64,000 nucleotides of DNA from Blasia pusilla. Its lineage: Eukaryota. Where the stretch lies: contig CM114271.1 in assembly GCA_050084515.1 (NCBI GenBank), forward strand, positions 26,970,001 through 27,034,000, read 5' to 3'. The notes under the pieces were generated by a model. The model was not told where the DNA came from. It saw nothing but the letters and a program-made list of their open reading frames with translations, and did not search any database. The position numbers and the translations under genes are program-made. Shown piece by piece: positions 13,950-27,500 of this stretch; the first letter of the stretch is position 1, and each line of letters starts with the position of its first letter.

Positions 13950-13992
<43 letters not shown>

Positions 13993-14151
13993 TGTGCTAT
14001 GAGAGATAAAATTTGTGTTTCATTGGGAATTTTTTTGGTAGTTACTCGCCTTGGTGTTTGGATTTCATGGGTATATATGTTAGTCTAGTGTTTTATATGT
14101 TTAATTGATGACCACGATGCATGTTGTATAGCAATATGTATGTGCATGACA
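12212..14151 (+). mobile_element. Ty3/gypsy remnant B (older): degraded integrase, C-terminal PHD-like finger and 3' LTR
   Basis: Decayed integrase peptides parallel to 31745-32160 (CIVRDRA..FNA, LDF..PL.LT, KDYVHKCAPCYLPNIDGTIDPSL), followed by CILCG...MLV..GC...WICP. The 3' LTR 13349-14151 starts TGTCAC and ends TGTATGTGCATGACA, a CpG-decayed form of TGTATGCGCACGACA at 61878-61892. Confidence 0.75.
13953..13989. repeat. (GA)18 microsatellite within the 3' LTR of remnant B
   Basis: Direct reading. Confidence 0.95.
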
Positions 14152-15336
14152 AAACTAAAAAAAATAATTTTTTTGCATACATTTTTGTGTGCCATAAACT
14201 CTAAGTATTGTGCAATCTTTGTGTGCATAGGACCAATTATCATATTGCAAATGAAGGAACTACTCTTCCTTAATAATAATAATATAAATATTTCACGATA
14301 AACTCTAAAAATCCAATCAAGTGTCTAAAAAGTTCAAGAGAAAGAAAGCCTCCTTAAAAGGGGTAATGGGGGAAGCTATCAAAAGTACAAAAGAAGGGGG
14401 ACTCAAGGAGTTGAGAACGCCAAAGCCACATCCGACCAAGGTGAAAGCGAGGTGAAAAAAAAAGGGGGCACCCCGAACCGGTTGAACTCACCAGTAACAA
14501 AGATAATGTTAGCTATGCCTAGAGAAATGTTACTACCACCAAGAGGGCCTTTAGCACCAATGTCTCTTATAGGGTGAGCCCGCCTCAAAAGTCAATTGGC
14601 TTAAGCACACTACAAAGCTATGGATATTTCTTGCTTGCAATAAAAAATCACAATAACTAAAGTTGACCCATTTCTCGATTGGAGATGATAAACATAGTTC
14701 ATAAGGAATGAGTCAAACATTTCCTCCATAGCCCCACACATCTCAATGGTTAGGTGGACGAATTGTCATGAAGTTCATTATGGAGATGGTTCTTCTTCTC
14801 TATTGCCTCTGCCACTTCTTGTCGTAATGTTCCTTATGACACCACATGAGCCCACGCAAACTCCAGCGTAGGATCTGTTACTACAACATCAGCCACCACT
14901 ACCTCGGCCTTCGGGGTCATACAAAGATCAACATGAAAAAGGGACTCCTGCATGGAATTATGTCGCTCTTTACATGCGGATGCCACTCTCAGGAGTAATA
15001 TAAAATATGACATTCCACACAACATCATGAGTGGTAATCCTCTCACCTCTTCTTGGCCAGCGAGTCAAGAGGATCCAAACTCTCACGACACTCATAGTGT
15101 GTCAAACCAACCACAAGGGGTTGACCTATGAGCCTACCTCCTTCCTGAAATAAGAGTGAATACGGGTTCAAACCCCCATGGGAATAACCCCATCTGACAT
15201 AATGCCTCTAAAAATTGTCTCAAAATGGACTTCCATAAAAAAACTATTGGAACCTATAATGAACATAGGTGAACAAGGGGAGAAAATGTGGAGAAGGGCT
15301 ATGACCTCAACTATAAAGATATCCTTACATACTATA

Positions 15337-16322
15337 CTAGCATAATGCCTGTGCTACAAACGGATGAAAATCATCGTGAGGGGAAAGGCATCCGTTAAAT
15401 CTATGACATTTTAATTTAAATGTTCTCTTAAATATAACACTTGTCTGAAAATATTGGTTTCCAACACGAGGTCCGACAACGGAGGAAGATTTATTCAAAC
15501 CGCATCCTCTTTACAGCCCCATACTTTGATAAGAGATAGAGACATATGTCTTAATGAAGGGGTAGGGAAAGTGCCGCACATTGGTATAATTATGGCCCCT
15601 CCATACACTCGTTGTTTTTTTTTCTTACTATCTAACCTATCCACGTGTCCTTGACACGAGCATAACTAGCATAATGCCCGTGCTATGCACAAAGCATCTC
15701 ACTCGTTAATTTAAATTTAATTCTAGCTCTTGTGTTAGGTTAATTTAGTTATACGTGTCATCACCAAAGGAGGCCAAAATATACACGTGTTAATATCGAT
15801 ACCGATCATTCGTGCAAAACACAGTACATAGAGCTGTTTGTTATGAGCATAACTCATTGGGCCTCCGGCCTCGTGCTTGCGTATGAATTATTTAAATAAT
15901 TTAGTAAAAATATTTTTTATTTCAAAATTTAAGTATAATTTCAATTTTCTAAAATTTTAAGAGAGTAGTAATATTTCACTTTTAAATAATATGCAATTGT
16001 CCTAAATAATTTCATTCCTCCATAAATCTTATCAATACCCATTCTTCCCCATCCATTCTTTCCACAAAAATAATATCTAGTAACTAAATTATTAGTTAAT
16101 TTGAAGTATTAAAATAATTTTCCCTTTTAATTTATTTTTTTCCACAAAAGATTTAATTTGAATGAATGTAATGATTTTTAAATACAATTATTTTTTATTT
16201 AATTTTTTGGGGTTAAATATTAGAAGAGTAATAACATTCCACCCTTCTATAAAATTTAAACAATGTAAACTTCTTCTCCATTAAAACTAGTTAGCACAAT
16301 TACGTGCTTACGCACGTAATTG
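15337..16322 (-). mobile_element. Cluster of Helitron-like 3' ends in AT-rich DNA
   Basis: Minus-strand hairpin-spacer-CTAG|T ends at 15337, 15666 and 16287. The last has a perfect 11-bp stem CAATTACGTGC/GCACGTAATTG (16297-16322). Confidence 0.55.
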
Positions 16323-17099
16323 TTTTTTTTAATTAGCATGCTTAGAAATTATAAGAGAATGAATTTTCTTATAATTCTTAAATAATTTTCATTTAAAAAT
16401 TCAGTATAATCTCCATTTTTGTTAATCTTAAAAGAGCGATATCATTTCACTTTTAAATAATAACTAACTCTCCTAAATAGTTTCATTCATCCATAAAAGT
16501 TTGAACCATTTCCATCAAGTTAAAATATTTCGAAGGGTACCACCGAGATTACATTAGTTTGTTAGGGGGCCCCTTAAGCGAATTCCTCCCATTTTTTACT
16601 CTTCCCTTTCCACTCTTCCTACCAAAATAACATCCACTAACTAAATTATAAGATAATTTTAATGAACTAAATCATTTCCCTTTTCCATTCAAATTAATTT
16701 TCCTTTCCCAAAATATGGAATATGAATTAAGATAATTATTAAAAAATAATCATATTTTTCATTTAAAATAGAAATACATTTTTTCTTAAATATTAGAAGA
16801 GTAATAACATTTCTCTATTCTTAGTAATTCCACTCTTCACTTAAAATTTAAATGATATTCCAGCCCCCTCGATAATTACACCATTCCATGTAATTAGAAG
16901 ATATCCATTCACTTCCTATCAAATATGAGTTAAGAAATAAAATCATATAATTTTGGATAATTTTCTATTTATTATATTATTATTTATTATACACACTAAG
17001 ATCATTCATTATATAAATTAATAATTAAAAATTTTATTTTCTTATTCCATTCAATTTCATATTTTCCACCCATCTAATAGAACTAAGGAATTAGTTATA

Positions 17100-17730
17100 C
17101 TAGTAAGATGCCCTTGCATGGCACGGGAAATAAACAAGTGTATAAGAGCTAGTGTATATCTCATGAAGGGAAGAGATTAATGATGCTGCACACAAGTTCA
17201 GATTTTTTCTTGTTGCCCGTAATATGTGTGTGAATCATTTTCTTGCTGCCCGGTTGTCACGTGTCAAACAGAGAGGTGTTTGCAAATCAAGAAGGCACTC
17301 TCCCATCTATATTACTAGTGCACTGCCCGCAAGTGTAAAAAATGGGACATTTAGCACTTAATTAATTGTCCCTTTGTGACCTTGACACTTGTCAACACAA
17401 GAAGGCTTAAAAAAGGAGAGGTGTTTGCAAATCAAGAAGGCACTCTCCCATCTATATTACTAGTGCACTGCCCGCACTGTAAAAAAATGAGACATTTAGC
17501 ACTTAATTAATTGTCCCTTTGTGATCTTTACACGTGTCAACACAAGAAGGCTTAAAAAAGGAGAGGTGTTTGCAAATCAAAAGGCACTCTCCCATCTATA
17601 TTACTAATGCATTGATAAAAATATGCACGTGTAAAAATATGGGACATTTAACATTTAATTAATTGTCCTTTGTGACCTTTACACGTGTCAACACCAAGGA
17701 GAAGTTCCCAGCCTCTTTGAATAATATAGA
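17100..17730 (-). mobile_element. Putative non-autonomous Helitron containing an internal 3 x 145-bp tandem repeat
   Basis: Minus strand starts A|TCTATATTATTC (17730) and ends CCCGTGC-CAT-GCAAGGG-CATCTTA-CTAG|T (17100). Repeat units start gagaggtgtttgcaaatcaa at 17271, 17416 and 17561. Confidence 0.65.
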
Positions 17731-18487
17731 TTATTGGATAGTGCTCTTATAAGACGTTCGGCGACATTCGGATGTTTTTCGCGCCAGAAGGGCACCGTCT
17801 AGTAATAATATACATACACATAGACAACTAATTCCCTTGTCAAATAGCCCCCCAGCCCGAAGAGGTAGTGGGAAAAACTCATCGTCAATGATAGATTCAT
17901 CCACACGGGACGAACCTATGGGAGGCCGATAACGTGTCACAAAGGTGTTGGCATCCTGTAATCCGATTCGCACTTGGCAAGCCTAACCATGTGAGAGGCG
18001 GAGAGGGCTCCCATCGCACACAACGTACTGCAGAAGTCGCTGGCTACACGTCAGCGTCGTAGAGTACAGAAGTAGTGCGCGTGACTAGGACGACCGACAG
18101 CAGCGACGCTGATGACGCGTCACACCCGGTAACCCGGTAACCGCGTTCGCACTCACTGGTAACCTTACGGGTAAGCGCTTGGATTACGGATCACCCCACC
18201 CCTTCGATCCTGCTCTCTCATCCCATTCGACGGTTCCCCCCTCTCCTCTCCTCTGGTTCTCTCGTGCAGACTTCCTCCGAAGACCTTGTGAGACGAAGAC
18301 GAACAGAGGCATTTTATTCCGAGGAATTCGTGTCTGAGCCGTCTGCGAATGATCCGTCTATGAACTGAGCTGAATTTCGTTGAGTGACGCTGGTGCTCTG
18401 GAGCAGGGAGGATTTTATTTGAATCGAAGCTCGGATTGAAGCGGAAGGCGAAGACAGCGGACGGGAACTGGCAGAGGAACAGGGAGA

Positions 18488-20423
18488 ATGACGACGGTGG
18501 TGCTGCCATATGCAGGAGCGGCAGCAGCAGCAGCAGCAGCAGCAGGAGTAGGGACAACAATTTCCAGTACGAAAGCTGTGAGATGTGGTAGCGGGAAGGA
18601 GGAGACAGGGTGTCCAAGGCTGGGATTTCTGCGGAGCTCGGGGTTTGGGGGAGGCTTGGAAGTGCGGCAGAAAGCACAGAGGGTGGTGAGGAGTCAGTCG
18701 CAGACACCAGCGAGATGCGAGGCCGCGCAGATGGGAGGGACGGATTCTTCAGTGCTTGAAAGGCCGGGCAAGAGCTCGAGTGATGATACGGTGCAAGAGT
18801 TTCTCAAGAGAGATTATAAATGGGGCTTTGTGTCTAACATAGAGTCGGACTCCATCCCCAAGGGTCTGTCGGAAGAGACGGTGCGCTTTATTTCCGCAAA
18901 GAAACAGGAGCCGGAATGGATGCTGCAATTTCGTTTGAATGCCTACAGACAGTGGTTAAAAATGAAGGAGCCGACGTGGTCGGATAATCGGTACCCGAAA
19001 ATTGATTTTCAGGATATATGTTACTACTCAGAGCCGAAGCAAAAGGAGAAGAAGGCTAGTCTCGATGAAGTGGATCCTGATCTTTTGGAAACTTTTGAGA
19101 AGCTCGGGATTCCGATCACAGAGCAAAAGCGTTTGGCGAATGTCGCTGTGGACGCAGTCTTTGACAGTGTTTCAATTGCGACCACTCACAGGAAAACCTT
19201 GGCCGCTTCCGGAGTGATCTTCTGCTCTATTTCAGAGGCAGTTCGGGAGTACCCGGATCTTGTCAAGAAATACTTAGGAAAGGTAGTGCCTGTAGCCGAT
19301 AACTACTACGCTGCACTTAACTCTGCTGTATTCAGTGATGGCTCGTTTTGTTATATACCCAAGGATACAGTGTCACCCATGGAAATCTCGACGTACTTCA
19401 GAATTAACGCTATGGAGACCGGGCAATTCGAGCGAACCCTGATAATTGCAGACGACAGGGCTTTTGTGAGCTACTTGGAAGGTTGCACTGCTCCTTCTTA
19501 TGATAAGAATCAGCTGCATGCGGCAGTCGTGGAGTTGTACTGCGGGGACGGAGCAGAGATTAAGTACTCTACAGTACAGAATTGGTATGCAGGGAACGAG
19601 CAAGGTATAGGGGGAATATACAATTTTGTCACTAAAAGAGGCTTGTGTGATGGCGAAGGCTCCAAGATCTCATGGACTCAAGTGGAAACTGGTTCGGCAA
19701 TTACATGGAAATACCCGAGTGTGGTCTTGAAGGGAGATAGGTCAATTGGGGAATTCTATTCGGTTGCTTTGACCAACAACATGCAGCAGGCTGATACGGG
19801 TACTAAGATGATACATGTGGGCAAGAACACAAGGAGCAGAATTGTGTCGAAAGGTATTTCAGCCGGTAACTCCGTAAATTGCTACAGAGGTCTTGTTCAG
19901 GTGCAGCCAGCTGCCCAGAATGCCAGAAATTTCTCTCAGTGCGATTCTATGCTCATTGGAGATCAGGCGGGAGCCAACACCTACCCTTACATTCAGGTAC
20001 TCCTACACTTCAGATCGTGTCAGCTTGTGGGGCGTGTTAGGGTTAAGGGCTCGGATGTGACTTATGTCATATTCTACCCAATCCTACAAATTAATCACAT
20101 TAGGGCTGTGAGTACGCGGTACCAACATTTGTGTAATGAGCGTTTGTTGGAATTAAGGGGTCTTTTGTGGTTTCTGGTGTCTGAATCATGCCTGTTGGTC
20201 GCAGGTGAAAAATCCCTCAGCTCGTGTGGAGCATGAGGCGAGTACTTCCAAAATTGGTGAGGACCAACTTTTCTATTTCCAACAAAGGGGAATTGATGCT
20301 GAGAAAGCAGTTGCAGCCATTATCGGTGGCTTTTGTCGTGATGTTTTCAATGAATTGCCTTTGGAGTTTGCGGCTGAAGTCAACCAGCTCATGAGCTTGA
20401 AGCTTGAAGGCAGTGTAGGATAA
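18488..20423 (+). CDS. SUFB: Plastid Fe-S cluster scaffold SufB (nuclear-encoded, transit peptide), 2 exons, 575 aa
   Basis: join(18488..19996,20205..20423) with a GT-AG intron, 1728 nt. SufB hallmarks include [68 protein letters not shown] and C-terminal KLEGSVG. The N-terminal extension is Ala/Ser/Arg-rich. Confidence 0.97.
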
Positions 20424-21254
20424 GAAGATTGCTGGAACCCGCAATCCCCCCATCTTGTAACATTGTATTTCACAATCAATTTCAATGTCTGTACTGATAT
20501 AGATAGTTTGTACAATTCTTATTTTAAATGGAACGAATCTATTTGATTAACAAGGCATAATGTCCTCGACTCTGGACTCAGCTGAGCTGTCACCTTATAA
20601 AAGTGAAAGGGGAAGTTCTTTTTGGATATCTCACAGTTTTCTGTATGCTTTCACTTCAGAAGTCCGAGTTGTTTGAGACGAGCATGTCTTAAACCCCGCA
20701 GGTTACTGTGCAAAGACGACTACTTTGTTGTTCATGTAGGGTTCTAAATTGTGTAACTCCAGTATTGTCTTGAAGATAGACTTTCCTGAATAGGCTGGTA
20801 TCTGTGGTACAAGAGACATTTAACCAATTCCTCCTTACAGAGAATGCAGAGAATGTGATAAGCAAAGATCTTGTCGAACTGCTTCCACGAGTCATATGGA
20901 AGCCTTTCCAAACATTCATGGCAAGAAATTTAGCTTGCCAATAATTCCTGTTGTGGTTTTGCTGTATCTCTCACCACGGTACATAAATCTTTGACCTTGA
21001 GGTTCAACCTGTTGCGAATATGGAGGTTGGTGTGTTGAGCAGGAAATGTCCTGGTTTCCATCATTTGTGTCCAGTCATTAACCTGAAATGCGGCACTGAG
21101 ATTCTCTCTGAGGATTTGCTTCTATCTTGAGGGCAGCGCCAGCTTGCATCTGGACTACACTAGTATTTCATTGCCGGAAAGTAAGGGACTTGAGTGAGGG
21201 TCTTCTAGTCACAAACGCGGCGTACTGTATTCACCTGGTTTTGAGACCACCCTG

Positions 21255-21965
21255 TGTTGAAATCAGAATTCTACTTCCTCTCAAACCTACTTTTAAAACC
21301 TTAAAATGATAGAAAGAGAGTAGATCCCAACAGGATCTTCCACTGAACCACGTACATGAGGGTAATCACTTACAAACCTGAAAAGAGCAAAACTGAAATG
21401 GATGGCATGTAGAATTGGTCTACAACTTCTATTGAGAACTGGGTGCTTGAAAAGCAACACCTTATTAGAATACACAAGTCTTGAAGAGAGGTGGTTGAAA
21501 CCAAGATGCATGAGTTTGTGCTAGATTGGTAGTTGGAGCATTCTCCACACCAATACACATTCTTTCTTAGTTGATCAAGACACCAGCAGAGGTTCAGGTA
21601 TGTAGGAGCTAATCTCAAAACCCACAGCCTTAGAGGGCAGGAGACAAGCAGAAGGGACCATTGCATGGTAGGGCAAGGTGGAAGGGCCAACACAACAGTA
21701 GCAGGCCAGCACACCAAGAAGAGGAGTTATATAGTTTCCTAGAAGAGACAAGCAGAAGGGACCATTGCATGGTAGGGCAAGGTGGAAGGGCCAACACAAC
21801 AGTAGCAGGCCAGCATACCAAGAATAGGCCAGCACAACAGGGGGAGGACAACACAACAGGCCAGCACAGTGTAACTAAGATAAACTTCCAACCATAGTTT
21901 GCAGAACTAACCATAATCAGAAAACTGGAAGAAAATAGCAGACAATTTTATGTGAAATCCTAACA
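21255..21965. mobile_element. Candidate solo LTR of a different family, with an internal tandem duplication (period 104 bp)
   Basis: TGTTGA...CCTAACA termini. Flanks are CCCTG and CCCCG, a 5-bp TSD with one CpG-type mismatch. The duplicated unit gagacaagcagaagggacc... occurs at 21641 and 21745. Confidence 0.55.
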
Positions 21966-24503
21966 CCCCGACCTGGCACTAAACGTGATTCCTTTGCATA
22001 TCGAAGGACTCACGTCCCCGGATATGCCATTTATTTGCATATTTGTGCAATTCTCAACTCGTAAAACCTGCCTGGTGCCATCAGCTGACAACTTCAGATG
22101 ATAGTATAAGGCAATGAAAGTTGAAGGCAATCATATCATCGAAGCTAGGAAAGGGTCAAGAGTGAGGATTCCATCCCCATTCTTTGGTGGAACCAAGAGA
22201 CGCAATAGTCACTGCATTTGTTAGAGGGGTATATCAACCGAAGAATCGATTATAGTTACACTAAGAAGGCACCGAGGGTAGCCGCCCAACAATTCATTAC
22301 AAATATCCGATTCTGAAGATTCAAACTCAGTTGCGAGGAGTGAAAATTGGAACGGAATTTTCTTGTTCACTCGACTTGGTCTGAACCTGTCCAGAGGACA
22401 AAGTGTGTACAGGACATGACTGGCAAACTTCTACCGCCTTTCGTCCGCTGGTCTCATATTTCAACTCCACCACCAAATCACAAGTTTGCCTTGCTATGTT
22501 TAAGTCGTTTAAGCACTACTGAGATTGAAACGATCTTGAGCGTGATGAATCTTTGCATTCCGGCACACATATATATACTACTACGACAAGCTGTGTCTTT
22601 TTGGGTTGAAGACTAACAATTTTTGTATGTTTTCTTTCCTTTTTGGAATCCCTTAGGTTGATTTTTTAAAACTTATCCCGAATGAAATATTACACCAGTG
22701 TGTGGTATGCAATACCAGTTGGCCATGACGAGACAACGGCGTTTTCAGATTTGTAGTTCGTAATCACGGCCAAGATACTTATGCAGCACAGGCACAGTGG
22801 TACCCCACTCCAAAAAAGTCTTCTACCAATTCAAAGCAATAGATGGCAAGAATCGTTTCAGGCAACTTTCAAACGAGAAGGCGTAGGGAAGCAAAAAGGA
22901 GGACTCAGGCAGTCGGAGAGTTAACTAGAACGGTGCCCCTCTCAAGAATTTCAAGGAAGAACGACTTCAGAAGAGATAGCAAGAAAGAAAGACTTCAGAA
23001 GACTTCGTCGATAAGACCAAACTGCAGAGCGTTGGGATTGGTCCATCAAGAAAGCAGCGGAGGGAGATTAAGGAGCCGGAGCACTCTTATTCAAATGATA
23101 AGCAAGAGATTTAAAAAATGAACACACTCTAGTGCCAAGCAAGATACTGCGAGAACGGACTCGGAAGCAGCTGCCGGAAAGAAGGAAAGCCATTGTAAGG
23201 AAAATCGCACCCAGAAAGTACAGAGGGGACTAAGGACTGTCAGGAGCAAAGCCGGGGTCACAACCGACCACGATGGAGGAAGGAGCTAGTGGTACAATAC
23301 AGCAAAGGGGTACCCTTTCCAACAGACCAATAGTTAACTCGATGAGGAGTGTCGACAAGGAAACTTGTTTTGCGCAACGGTGTTATCAGCTTGCGCACGC
23401 AGCTTAACAGGTAAGCTGCAAATTGCCAGTTTAGCTATGAGTGTACCATCGGGAAAACCCGAGAAGGTTATGAGCAAAGGAGCAGTTTGTGGCAGTTTGT
23501 GCAGTAGTAGTAGCAATAGCACCGAGTTCAGCCAAAATAGCACTCAATCTGAGCCGAGGCAGGTGTCAGACACAACAGCAGGTGCAAAGCACAATGTCGT
23601 CACCACTCGAACACAAACCGACAGATGTAGGGAACCTTGGGATGTCTTGGTGACCAGATTCATACCGCAGACCTACACGTTGAGAAGAAATCAAATGGGT
23701 ACCTCTCCCGTACTCGTCAGGGGCGGTTACAGCTTGTCAACTCTCCAAAGGAACAAACAAACAACAGATAGCACCCGCCCTCCAGATGGAATCCACATCC
23801 CGATGGAAAGGCATTGGAACTTCGCATCCTCGGACCAGAGCTCGATGAGGAAGGATTCACACGAAATTGGGTGGTTAGAGATGTAAGCTTTTGAAGTTGG
23901 TGGAGTAAAATGGGCCCCACTAGTGAAGATTATCCTCTAAGCGGGTGTGGATTGTCAGTACTCTTGGCAGCAGCACATGGTCACAGAATGAGCTCATTAG
24001 TCGTACATTTTTGAGGATCTCAACATTTAGGGTAAACTCCGATGCGTCGAAATCCTGGTCACCATTTCAGGCATCTTGTCAACCGTCGGTTGGTAACTCC
24101 TCAGTTGAAGATGTGCTTTTCCTGTCTCACATAGTAAATCGCTTAGCGGGAATCGTTGAGAACAGTGTTGGGGGTCAGGTTGGCTGAATCGCAGGGGCTC
24201 CATGAAGTGCTTTGGCTGCTTGATGAGCTCTCAGTTTTTCTGAACAATCTCTAGTAACGCTGAGTTTATGTTGAGGCGCGTCCAAATGAAAACTTCTGGT
24301 TGTGCTGGGATTCACCTGCCGTTGTCATGTCCGCTTCCGCACTTGCTTGCCACAATCACGGATCCGTAGAACGATGCGCAGTAGGTGGAGACTTCTTGAC
24401 CAAAAACTTGGTGACTGGTTTCGACCCTGCCAAGAATTTATGCAAGGCTTTGACTGAAGACACTGGGGGGATCTGTTTCTCGAAGAACAGGCCTTAATCA
24501 GAG

Positions 24504-27500
24504 ATGGGGACGCAGACACTACATAGCTGTACATTCCGACCACCACGGGAATTCGTGTGCCTGGTGCTCTTTCGGTTACTCATATGGAGTGGAGTTTTCA
24601 TCACTAAGGTAGCAGCTGATGAAGAAGGTCCCGTTTGTACGTCCAAGATCGTACAGCTCACGGATACTACATTCAGAGTCTATGACGAAGGCTTCCTACT
24701 TGTTATGTATCACGCAGACTGGTAAGTAGCAGCCCCACACTTTTCTCTACATTTTAGTGGTTCTGCTATTCAGCCTGTTTTTGTGCTTCTGATCCGTAAT
24801 GTAGTGGATTTTGTAGCTTTTGATGGTAAGTCTCCTAAGCAGTGGATCCATACAGACGTTATAGACTACACTTTCATTTCAGTGACGTTTTCCCCATATA
24901 TTTCTCAGTAAAGTCTCATCAATTTATTTTTGGATTACCCTTTTTGAACTGTCCACTACAGTTACAGAGGGAATAAACGCGTGTGCTCGGTTGATGGGTA
25001 TGAAAGTAGCTCCCAATGGTGCTGGTGCTGTCCAGACCTATGGGCAGGAGTATGGGATGGGTAAGGCTCAGACCTATCAGGCCCAGGGCGATGCCATCCC
25101 TTACCTATGACGAGAGGAGTATCGTGCTTCCTTTTTTGAGCCTTTAATTTGGAGCCTCGCCCACCAATGAAGACTTCTTGAAATGCATAGGTTCACAATA
25201 AATTCTTCATCAGTTTGAAATATTGTGCAAATATGCCTGTCGAGAAGGGCTCATTTGGAAAGATAGTTGGAAGGTTCCCATTATGCAATTGTTCCACGGA
25301 CTACAAAAATTTCATGGTCTGCAGATCGACATTAGTTCATGTATGTTTCCCTGAGGTGCTACTGATGAGTTCCAACCAGGTCCGCTGATCTCTGATGGAC
25401 TTTAGAAATCTCCAGACTATCCAAGTATTTTTGTCATAAAAGCTGTCAGAAGACTCTCTTGATCGTGTTCATACATTGGTCAAAGTCACTGAGGAAATCC
25501 TCCCAAGTTTTGCTCTACTATGCTGTTGTCCATGTGCTCAAACGCTGCTGGCAAGCCCAGAGATCAAACCTATACTTACTTCAACGTAAGATTCAGAGCA
25601 GTTTGCATGCGGACATGCAACAGTCCATGGAGCAAGCTCAGTGTCAAGATAAATGACGGAACTCACCAAGATAACCTGTGTATACCTTGAATTCCCAGGG
25701 AATATCTTGTTGCTGCCCTCCACGCTACTAACTCTTATGTGCAATCCCTGTTTCCATATGTTGACAATTCTATACCCGCAGTGATCTACCAGTGGCCTCC
25801 CTGCATCTGTTAGGCTCTCTACTGATATGCTTGGCCATTAACCTGACTCACTCAAACTTTGCATACTCCAAAGAGACTCTGAGAGTCCTGCATCGGACAT
25901 AAAGAGGGATGATATTTCAGAAAGCTACTTGAAAGTGGAATTTGCTGCAGAGAAACGCCTACCAATAGATCTCACATGAGTGAGTGCAGTGGGCTCTGAA
26001 AAGTGCAGAGAGATTAGATTATCCACTCTCATGCAGAAGCTTAGCAAGTAGGATAAAGAGTCAGATCACAAGTTGTGGATGTCCTAACCACTGTCTTGGG
26101 AGCAGGTCGGGGCAGAGTAGAAGGATGATTCCTCTCTGGTCAAAGTTGGCAGAGGAGCTTGATGGTGCAGAGCCTTCAGTTGCTGTAGGTCTAATAGACT
26201 CATCGGAGCATCGGCAAAATCCAGGTTCAAATTATGTGCATAAGTTGCCGACGATTTTTCTTTTCCACAAAGGGAGCATTGTAGCACGCTTTGTGAAGGA
26301 GAAGTCACTGGAAGAGCTTAAGACAGCAGTTAGAAGGATTACAGCTCTGAGCACTGCAGAACTTGAGAGCAGCAAGATACTCATCCTTCAGCAGGTATTG
26401 GTACACATTCTGTCAAATTATTGCACTTTTATTGGCCGTTTGGGTTTTCAGTAGCTAGCAAAAGGATATACTGCTCTAAAGCGTTGTTCTGTAGGTGGTT
26501 TGGCTTTTGGTCCCACATCTACAGTCCTAGGAGTGCATAAGAAATGCTGGGAATGGCTATTTGGACCCAAGGCATATGAAGTGTGTGCTCCATGGGTTGC
26601 CACCTACTTTTAATTTCAAGAGCATTGCTATCCAGAGTGTTTGGGCTCCGTATTCCCTCTTCCATGCCTTTGAAATGACTTTCTTGTGCTCTGATTACAG
26701 CCTCTCTAGTGTATGTACGTAAGAACCACCTCCATGATGGTTAAACTGAAGATGGGTTACTTTTGTGTCCAAGTTGCCCATCTTGCCCCAGAGACCTTCA
26801 ACTGGGTCTTGTTCTTCTGAGCTCCAGGCCTTTGTCCTGGAAGAAATCTTTATGATCTTCTGGAATGGCTGGGTCTGTAGCCGTTTACTCCTTTGATTCA
26901 TGTTCATGATATCGTCTAAGTGGAGATAAATGCAAAGGACGACATTCTGGTCTATGAAGGATTGGTTAAAGCCTTCATGCTTGAACATTTGGATTTTAAC
27001 TGAGAAATCCTGGACAGTACACCTAGGTTGCTAGAAATGGGGTCTTAGAATGGGTTTTAGTACGCTTATTGGGTGATTGAGCAGCGTGGGTATGAGTTTC
27101 ATTTGTCAGACATGATGTGAATCAAGTATCTTCCAAAGTAGAGCATACTGTGAATATGAATTCATGGAGTTGTGGTGCGAGTTTAACTATATAAGAACAC
27201 GCACACAGACTTTAGCAGGGTTGTGGGTGATACTACTGGTGGTTGAACATTAGAAATATAGACATATACATCGGTTTACCACCTGGACTTTCTCAACCCA
27301 CCTTCATCTGCTGCGACATCGTGTTCTTTGTTGCATTTGATTTCATATTATCATCGTCTGATCAGTTCCATAGTTTCTAACTTCAATTGTGGATGCTTCT
27401 CTTCCAGCTTGAAGGAGTGCAAACAGAACGAGCACACAACTTAGAGGATGAAGAAATGGAGGAGGCTTTGGTTTCTCTGAAGTTTGAGTCTGATGTGCTC

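Noticed and set aside
17271-17700. Regular repeats as a possible CRISPR array (also 28020-28625)
   Set aside because: Whole units are repeated with no unique spacers, the context is eukaryotic and no cas genes are present.
18165-18707. 180-aa minus-strand ORF with a poly-Leu signal-like stretch
   Set aside because: It is antisense to the SUFB 5' region, and the poly-Leu is the complement of the GCA (poly-Ala) repeat.
19997-20236. C-terminal part of the 582-aa SufB ORF as listed in the track
   Set aside because: It is intron read-through. The conserved C-terminus is in the exon at 20205-20423.
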